A stretch of 63,889 bases of DNA, filler included, from Cercozoa sp. M6MM (taxonomy: Eukaryota; Protista; Endomyxa: Ascetosporea), in assembly GCA_040357565.1 (NCBI GenBank). It is 9 parts of 9 records of this genome, joined end to end, with 100 filler letters (N's around TTAATTAATTAA, not from the genome) between each part and the next. Parts side by side here need not be neighbours in the genome. Positions count along the whole stretch, not along the records: positions 55,614 to 62,664 come from JBDODJ010000667.1; positions 62,765 to 63,889 come from JBDODJ010002159.1; 7 more parts are not named here. The stretch is one strand, 5' to 3'. Shown one piece after another: positions 55,620 through 63,889 of the stretch. Each line of letters opens with the position of its first letter. Position 1 is the stretch's first letter. The position numbers were made by a program, and so were the translations under genes. The notes under the pieces were generated by a model, which saw nothing but the letters and a program-made list of their open reading frames with translations, made no database searches and was not told where the DNA came from.

Positions 55620-56468
55620 CTACAGCAGCAAGGACAGCGCGAAGCGAATCACGGCGAAAACGGCGCGCGTCTCGCCGAAGCGATCGCGTCGAATCTCCGT
55701 GCGCAGTCGCAGCGACGTCGCCACCGCGAACAGCTACGAAGCAACTCAACTCAACTCATCTCAAGCAACTCAAAGCAACTCAACTCATCTCATCTCAAGC
55801 AACTCAAAGCAACTCAACTCGACTCAAAGCAACTCAACTCAACTCAAAGCAAAACAGCATGCAATACCGTCCAGGTCAAGAAGAGCGTCCACGAGGGCGA
55901 GCGAACAACCTTGGTGACCTCCTTCAGCAGCAGCAGCGCCGCCAGCAGCGCCGTCACCACGATCAAAGCACTAGACAAATACAGCGAGCCAGGCGGCGCT
56001 TCCTCGGCCGCCGCGTAAACGATCACCTCAACGACTGCACTCAGTGCCACCAGCAGACACAACAGTAGGTGCCATTTCTCCGTCGCCCGCAGCGTCTACA
56101 TTACCAAACAACGCTTTCTTCGAAACAAAGCTACCAAACCAAAGCTCATTTCGAAACAAAGCTTCCAAACCAAAGCTCATTTCGAAACAAAGCTTCGAAG
56201 CAAAGCTAATTTCGAAACAGAGCTTCCAAAGCAAAGCTGATTTCGAAACAAAGCTGTCACCAAAACGAAGCATGGAAGGACCAACCGAAGTGAGTCGAAC
56301 ATCAGCGCGTCGCAGACTCGAACGTGGCCGCAGCTTCGTGAGCAGCACCAGCGCAATCACGGCCAGCGGCAGTGAGAACAGAAACACATCCTGCACGCAG
56401 GCACCAAAGTCATAGCTGTCGTTCGAGTCAAAGAAGTCGCTCGACCAGTCGCCGCAGAAACTCGGCAT
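55620..56468 (-). CDS. ABC transporter subfamily C (MRP) N-terminal TMD0-like fragment
   Basis: MPSFCGDWSSDFFD...DFGACVQDVFLFSLP followed by several transmembrane helices resembles the ABCC1-type N-terminus. The nucleotide-binding domains are not in the contig. Confidence 0.6.
56119..56254. repeat. Intronic ~30-31-nt tandem repeat (CAAAGCTCATTTCGAAACAAAGCTTCCAAAC-like), about 4.5 copies
   Basis: Direct reading; it lies in intron 1 of the ABCC-like gene. An (AACTC)n-like tract fills the next intron at 55742-55850. Confidence 0.85.
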
Positions 56469-56909
56469 CTCCGTCTGGCTCCACCAAAAACCGACTTTTT
56501 ATTTTTTAGCAGGTTCTTGTGAACGCCCAAGTGACTATATCACGTGCGTTTAAACCGCAAGCACTACGCACTGACAGCCGGCACACGCGGACGCCAAACG
56601 AAAGCCGCTATTGCTGTATTTTGAGTGCGGTGATGTGTCTGTTTGGGCCTTTTGGCAAAAAAAAGCGAAGGTTCCAGTTTGAGCGATTGGTCACTCAAAC
56701 GCGTCGCTGATGCGCCGCGATTTGGTGCATGTGGCTGACTTCTGTGGCCAAGGCCGATACATTCGCACGATACTATCGCACTCATTCTCTACATCAAAAC
56801 GGTAGCACGGTATCGTGATAGCACGATAGTATCGTGCTAGGCCGTTACTGTATTTTGATGGGTCCTTGTTCAACTGATCTATAGCGTAAGTAAAATCGGC
56901 CAGTGCTGG

Positions 56910-58499
56910 TTAGTGCCACGTGCGCTGCTTGCGCATGGGCTTGCCGGTGCCGGCGCTGCGAACACCGACGGCGCCAAAGCCAGAGGTTGGCTTCGGGATA
57001 CCCTGTACAATGGGTAGGGTATGATGGGTAGGGTAGGCAGGGAAAGTAGAGTGTACCTTGCGCTTGGAGAACTTCTGCCACGCCGACTTCTTTTTCACGA
57101 GAGCATGTTCCACCTAGTACACGATGGATAGATAGAAGGGGTAGATAGGGAGGCAGATGGACAGGTAGGGTAGGTAGGTAGGGAGGTAGGTAGGTAGTAG
57201 GGCAGGGAGGTAGGTAGGGTGGGTGGATAGAAGGCTAGACAGTACCTTGCGCTGCTTGTGTTGATACTTGAGCTGCTTGACCTTGCGACGTTTCTGCAGT
57301 CGCTGTGCCTCCGTGTCCTCCTTGCTCCTGTCCGAGAGGCGGGGGGGTCAAGGGGGTAAAGGGTATGGGGTGGTAAAGTACAATCGCAGACTGTCGGGCA
57401 GTTCGAATTCCTTGGTCGGATCGAAGGATTCGATCTCCTACGGAAGGGGGTAAAGAGGGGTAGAGAGGAGTAAAGAGAGAGGGGGGAGGGTAATAAGGAA
57501 ACACCGAGAGCTTCTTTTTATCAGCCTCCTTGGCCGCCTCTGCCTCCATCTTCTCTACACAGAGTCAGGGGGTAACGGGCGTGGGAGCGGGGTAAAGTTG
57601 ACTTACTGCGTTGCCATGGGTACAGTGGTTGCAGGTCCTGCACACATTAGGGGTTACAGAGGGGTGGAGAGGTAGGGGGGGGGGGTAAAATACGTAAAGC
57701 TCGACGTTGTCCTCGTTGCCGTATTCGATGAAGCGCACGTGGAACTTGGTGGCATCTACCACACACATACAACATGTACTGAGCCCCTTGACTCCCCTTT
57801 TACCCCCATGTACCATCGGCGGCTTCGGGTCGCGACGACGACACTGACGAAATCGATGACTCTGCACGAACGTAGGGGGTAAAGAGAGGGTAACGAGAGG
57901 GTAAAGAGGGGTAAAGAGCGGGGTAAAGGAGGTTAAGGCTTACCGCAGGCCTCCTTGTCCTTGTCGGCGTCGGCAGCAACGAGACCCTGCACCTCGGCCT
58001 CGTAGAAAAGACCGTCTTGCGACCACATGGCACGCAAGCGGTCGCCGATCTTGACCTGGTCGCGTCGCATTGGTACTGCGGAAATACACGCGTCCATCTG
58101 TACACGTACACACAGGTACAAATGTACCATAGGTGCGGATCTGCTGCAGTGCCACTGTAGCCTGACTCTGCGCACAATACACCTCATTACCCCCCCCCCC
58201 CCCCCCCTCACCCGACGGACCTTCCCGGAGGCTCGCACAGCGCCCCCTCTGACCTCCCACTTCAGTATACCTGACTGGGTCGACACCGACGGCAGAGACG
58301 ACACCAGTGTACCACCGACCGTCCTGTGTCAACGGAGAGTCAGGTTAGGAGAAACGCTCCATAAGACAGACAGGTAAGATAGACAGGTGAACGCACCGTA
58401 TACTGAGCAACACAGCGTTCGTTCTCTTCCCACTGCTCCTTGAATCGGCCGCGTGTGTCGGCCTACCTCAGCTCAGGTATACACAGAAGGGGGTGTGTG

Positions 58500-58533
<34 letters not shown>

Positions 58534-58929
58534 GGGGGGGGGGGGTAACTGCTATACCTTGCGCGCCAGTCGCGCCGCACGCTCGGCCACGGCACGTTCG
58601 TCAGCATCATCAGCCGCTCCTCGTTCCTACATTAAGGGGTAAGGGGTAAGGGGGTACGAAAAAAGCAAAGTCTACGGCACCTTTTCCTTTTTCTGCTGCA
58701 CGAGGTTCTCAGTGACTTGGATGAGCTGCTTCAGGTGCTTGTCCAGTCCCTGCAGCTGCTCATCATCTGGCCTGCAACAACAAAAACACAGCGTATATAT
58801 ATTAGTTGAAAGAAAGCAACAAAAGGCGAGGCCAACATACCGACGCATCAACATCTTGTTGACGCGAGCCAACTTGGACCGGAAGCCGGTCAGCTTCTCC
58901 TCCAAGTCCGTTACTGTCTCGCTGCTCAT
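56910..58929 (-). CDS. SMNDC1: Splicing factor SPF30/SMNDC1-like Tudor protein
   Basis: N-terminal LEEKLTGFRSKLARVNKML...PDDEQLQGLDKHLKQLIQVTENL, Tudor motifs DGRWYTGVV and GDRLRAMWSQDGLFYEAEV...VRFIEYGNED, and C-terminal KSAWQKFSKR...VGVRSAGTGKPM. Confidence 0.8.
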
Positions 58930-59128
58930 GATTTGTCACTTGCAAAGCTAACTACACGCACTGACAGCCTTCAAGACAGCTTGGCAGTGTCGCTTTTGAT
59001 GCTGGCTACAATTCGTACAAATAGGTACTAATTGACATAGTTTAAAGAAAATCTAGTCCGGCAGCAGTTGACGCTAGGCGAGTTAGATGTGTTTGACCGC
59101 GTGATACTACCGGTTAGTCTAAACTCCC

Positions 59129-59909
59129 ATGTCTACGGCCGTGACGCGGCGAAGACGTCGAGCGAGACTCGAGCAGCTCGACTTTGGCGTGTCTGATGAA
59201 GTTTTGGAGACTGGGCAGGATGGTTCGTTATGCTGGTCCATCGAGATGACGACGTTCACCCTTTTCCTGCAGTGATGGATCGGATAGAGGCCGAGATTAG
59301 CAGTTTGGATGGCATTGCCGCCGACATCAAAGAGGTTGTTCCTTCCGCGCTGAACTCGTCGTGGGGCCTCTGAGCGTGTTGCAAAGCTTCTGTGCACGTA
59401 GAGGTTAGAGGACCTGGCGCAGGAGAAACGACTGCTGCATAGTGTGCTGCATCAAATACGCCACGAAGAACGACCAGAAGATGAGGAGGAAGAAGTACCT
59501 GCCCACATGCATGTGGTGTTTGCTTGTGTTATTTGAGTCGGAGTTTGCTTGGTTTAGCCCGAATCAGTCGAATCGATGCGCGATTGGTTGCGAAAGCGGG
59601 CACTGCCCTTCACTGAGGTTTGTTCCCAGAGCATAACTGGTTTTCGCAAGTTGAAACACCTGTTTTTGTTTGACAGGAGAGCGCCCGAGATGCCAAACTG
59701 TCCTTGCCGCCAGAGTTGCTTCTGCTTCTGCCCCATTACGATCCGGAACAACTCACAGGCGCGCCGCAACTCCCGTATTATTGCGTTTCTGTTTAGACGG
59801 AACAACCTTGCAGCTTCAGCTTTTTCTCAGGTCATACGACATTGCGAACCTTGGGCTGGACGATGCCTTGAACGCAGAGATTAATCAGGTGCTAAAGACA
59901 AGCCAATAG
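59129..59909 (+). CDS. Small six-exon hypothetical protein, coiled-coil-like
   Basis: Removing five GT-AG introns gives one open frame MSTAVTRRRRRARLEQLDF...LEDLAQEKRLLHSVLHQI...LPSYDIANLGLDDALNAEINQVLKTSQ*. Confidence 0.55.
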
Positions 59910-60257
59910 CTTTTTTAATTGCACAACTGTGACAGTATGTACGCTGTGATGTAATGTACCGTACCCTGGCGTCAAAACAATTTTTTTGGGGATCATCTGA
60001 GCCGGTTCGAGATTGAGCCCAAGCAGGCTGGACCAAGGAACCAAGAACGGCAGTCTCTTTCGCCCTGCGCGTGTAGTGTGAGTGCTAGGAGATTGTGGCA
60101 CGTGGCTGCGACATTTGATAGTGCTGCTCGTCTCGTCTTGAACCATCGTCGAAACTCGAAATCGTTCTTGTGTTTTCGGCGTTCGGATTCGACAGACGTG
60201 CTACATTCGTGGAGTGTCTGCTGTGGTCTTTTTGTGTGCGAATCTGACTGTTGAAGG

Positions 60258-62578
60258 ATGGCTGACAAGCGTGCGAAGCGTGCTGAGCGACGCAAGCGTC
60301 AGGTACGATGAAATCGTTGTGGGTTTCACGCTCCAATTTGACTGCTTCGACTGCTTTCGTTGTGAGCAGAAGGAGCGCCGACGCTTGCTGAAGCAGCAGG
60401 AGCAAGAACTCTTTGTCGACACGGCCAAGTTGCAGGAGCAGGATCAGAAAAAGCAGGAGCAGAAGGAGGCTGAGGTAGCATCTTGCCGTTCTTCGCCTTC
60501 AGTTCTTCCGAATCATTGTGTTCTTGATAGCTTTCGATTCTTGTTGGTTTTCTTTAGGTGAAATGGGTCGCTGCTTCCGTCATTGACGAGTCCGAGAAGG
60601 AGTCCAAGGAGGTCAGTTGATGTTTTTTCGCAAAAGCCATCACTGTGTTGTGTTCCCCATTGGTTTTACTGGTTGTTTCATTCAGATGCTCGACCAGCTG
60701 GTCGCTTCGCGCTTCGTGTCCGTCGGCGTGGTATTTTGGCGCTCTTGACACTGTGCTGCAATAGATGAATTCTAACATTGTGTTGTGTAGCTGACCAAGG
60801 ATGCCGAGACTCTGGCCAAGGTATGCGGGGCTTGCCGGGGATGTGCGTCGAGTATGTCTGTGTGAGATATGTTGACTCTCCCGTGCACAGGAAGCTAAGG
60901 AGCAAAAGCGTCTGCGCGAAATGGTCGAGCAGCAGGAGAAGAAGGAAGCCGGTCCGGGTAGGACCATTTTATCTTCCTTATTAAGAACCTGTGTTGAAAT
61001 GATATTGTGCTGCAGAAGAAGAAGAGGACGAAATGGACGAAGCCGATCTGTTCGCTGCCAAGCAGGTAGTCTTCTTCTTGCCCCTCCCCCCCCACCCCAC
61101 TGACTTTCTATCTTCTGGTGTTCTGAGCAGATCTCGCGCAAGCAGCGACTGCAGCGCGTGCGCGTCTCGGTGGCGCAGCTCAAGCAGATGGTACCAAAAT
61201 CAGCACGTGTGTGCTGGAGTGGTACTTTCTCTCTGGTGGGTAGGCAACGCGGCCCGAAAAGATCGACGTGCACGACGGCAACTCGCATAACCCGGTACAC
61301 ACACACTCACACATATATGTGTGTACATATATACAGATACACATATACACACACATAAACACTTGTTGGGACAGGCACTGCACGTGCAACTGAAGTGCGC
61401 GCTCGGGTCGGTCGTGGTGCCGCAGCACTGGTCGCAGAAGTCGCGCTACCTGCACCGTCGGGTAGGCAGGAGCTTTACCCCCCCCCCCATTCCACCTCCT
61501 TATCCCACCCTCCCCCGTGTACAGATGGCGATGGGCCACAAGGGCATGTTCGAGCTGCCAAAGTTCATCCAGAAGACGGGCATTGCCGAGGTGCGCTCGC
61601 CCGAGGAGGAACACTGGAACGTCAAGATGCACGGACAGCAGCGCATGCGGCCCAAGATGCACAAGATGGTAGTTTTACCCCCCCCCCTACGCCTCTCTCA
61701 AACCCCCCCCCCGCAGGACCTGGACTACGGCATGCTGCACGACGCCTTCTTCGTGCACCAGACCAAGCCGCGTCTGTCCGTCCATGCGCAGTTGCATTAC
61801 CAGGGTAAACTTGCTGCCTCCCCTTTACCTAGTTTACCCCTCCCCCCATCCGTGTGTCACAGGCAAGGAGTTCGAAGTCGGCGAGCAGAACCGAAAGTTC
61901 AAACCGGGCCAGCTATCCGACGCCGCCAAGCAGGCGCTTGTACCTACCTTCTCTACTGCCTGAACATGCTTGTTTGTGAGCATACTTGTTCTGGTAGGGT
62001 ATGACGGACACGTCGCCGCCGCCATGGCTCATGAACATGCAGCGGTACGGCCCGCCGCCGGCTTACCCGGACCTCCAGATCCCTGGTATTGGTCCTTGTT
62101 TTCTGGGGGGTATAGAAACTAGCTAACCATGCACTCTGCCCAGGTCTGAACGCGCCTCTGCCGCGCGGTGCCTCCTACGGTGAGCCTCTGTTGTTGGGTA
62201 GGAGGGGGTTCTATTTGTGTATGTGTATGTGCGTGTGCAGGCTACGGTCCTGATCAGTGGGGCAAGCCGCCTGTCGATCAGCAGGGCCGGCCGATCTACG
62301 GCGATCCCTTTGGTTAGTGTACATATACATTTATATATATACATATATATATATGTATATGTATATATACGTATATACATACATATATATATTATATGTA
62401 TATATATATATATGGATATACAATAGTAGGTATACATACATATATGTAACTATATATATAATATATGGCAGGTCTAACACCGGTGGAGACACTGAAGGAC
62501 GACGAAGAAGAACTGCGCTCGCGGTGGCCGCGCTTCGGCGTCATTGCCGAAGACGAGTACGAGAGCGAGGAGGAGGAG
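60258..62578 (+). CDS. SF3B2: Splicing factor 3B subunit 2 (SAP145/Cus1); 3' truncated
   Basis: [43 protein letters not shown]...[42 protein letters not shown] and [16 protein letters not shown]. Confidence 0.93.
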
Positions 62579-62612
62579 GTGCACACCTTGCATCTACCTA
62601 ATAGAGATAAAG

Positions 62613-62664
<52 letters not shown>

Positions 62665-62790
62665 NNNNNNNNNNNNNNNNNNNNNNNNNNNNNNNNNNNN
62701 NNNNNNNNTTAATTAATTAANNNNNNNNNNNNNNNNNNNNNNNNNNNNNNNNNNNNNNNNNNNNATGGGTAAACACGGGAGCCAGTGCAG

Positions 62791-63880
62791 GACAGTCACC
62801 GACTGACGCCGGAACTGTACGCGTCGAGTTGGTTCGTGACACTGCTGACCAACCGACTGTCGCCGCTCGTGCTGCAGCGCTTCCTCGACCTCGTGCTGCT
62901 GGATGCGAGGTGCCCCCTACTACCTTACCCCCTACCCCCCCCCCCCAGTGCCATCATGCCGAGCGTGTTTGCGGACGACGATTTCGGCGCGTTGCAGGCG
63001 CAGTTCGCCGTGTTTCGGTACGTATGGACTGTACATATGGACTGTATATATACATGTGAACATATAGACTGTGCATATGTACATAAAAGATATGGACTGG
63101 TGTACAAATACAGAGTGCTACTCGCGTATCACGACCCGCGCCTTGCCGACGTTCTGGTGGGGGAGTCAACATGATGTCAACAGGGGGAGGGGGAGGGGGT
63201 AAACTGGGGGTAAACTGGGGTGGTAAGAGGGGGTATGAAGGGGGCTAAGAAAGGGTAAACTGTGGGTAAACTGTGGGGATAAGAAAGGGGGGGTAAACTG
63301 GGGGGGTATGGGTAAACACGGGAGCCAGTGCAGGACAGTCACCGACTGACGCCGGAACTGTACGCGTCGAGTTGGTTCGTGACACTGCTGACCAACCGAC
63401 TGTCGCCGCTCGTGCTGCAGCGCTTCCTCGACCTCGTGCTGCTGGATGCGAGGTGCCCCCTACTACCTTACCCCCTACCCTACCCCCCTACCTTCTACTC
63501 CCCCCCCCCAGTACGGACTTCTGCTTCTTCTTCTTCCTGGCCTTGTTGTTGTCGAAGCGACGTCGCGTGATTCAACGTCGGCACAGCGCCGAGTTGCCCG
63601 AGTTGTTGTGCGACTTCACGGCCATACAGTCGGAGAGACAGGTGGGTTTTACCCCCCTGTTTACCCCCCTGTTTACCCCCCTGTTTACCCCCCTCCTCCG
63701 ACAGATAATTCGACTGCGCGAGTATGCCGAGCGACTGCGCGCCATGACTCCTCGATCGGTAACTTGCTGTTTTACTCCCCTTTGTTACCCCCCTTAACCC
63801 CTTAGCCCCCTTAACCCCAGGCGCGGAAGCAAGTGTGTCGAGTCACGTCGCAGCGAGTCGATGTGCTGGGACAGGAGTAG
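62791..63880 (+). CDS. Rab-GAP TBC domain protein (TBC1D23-like) fragment
   Basis: LLAYHDPRLADVL|DSHRLTPELYASSWFVTLL...RFLDLVLL...FFFLALLLSKR...TPRS is a TBC C-terminal subdomain pattern. Confidence 0.7.
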
Positions 63881-63889
63881 TTCTGTTTT

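Noticed and set aside
56119-56254. CRISPR-like array (~31-nt partly palindromic repeats)
   Set aside because: No unique spacers, no cas genes, and it lies in a eukaryotic intron.

Overview
Intron-rich eukaryotic (protist-like) genomic DNA using the standard genetic code. The window is not one locus: it is nine contigs joined by an artificial N-TTAATTAATTAA-N linker, with further internal N gaps at microsatellites. Hand-spliced recognisable genes: AAMP/SQT1-like WD40, a PI-PLC X-domain protein, a kinase with a PLK4-like polo box, WDR92, a CFAP97-like/annexin fusion, a TRIM37-like MATH protein, a Ku70-like C-terminus, a Wee1/Myt1-like kinase, RPS16, a TMEM181-like protein, CNOT1, glutamate dehydrogenase, MCM3, an ABCC transporter N-terminus, SPF30, SF3B2 and a TBC protein, plus several orphans. 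The strongest unusual signal is the splicing code. Introns are GT-AG, but donors are mostly GTACC/GTAC/GTAGC; none of 27 CNOT1 and GDH donors is GTRAG and only 4 have G at +5. Many introns are filled with strand-biased tandem repeats, mainly (UG)n and C-rich TACC-containing units. Other notable items are a 1.73-kb degenerate Tc1-like element with an apparently intron-containing transposase, a 16-bp stem in RPS16 intron 1, and two related 21-bp palindromes upstream of genes. All exon structures and family assignments are by eye, without database searches.
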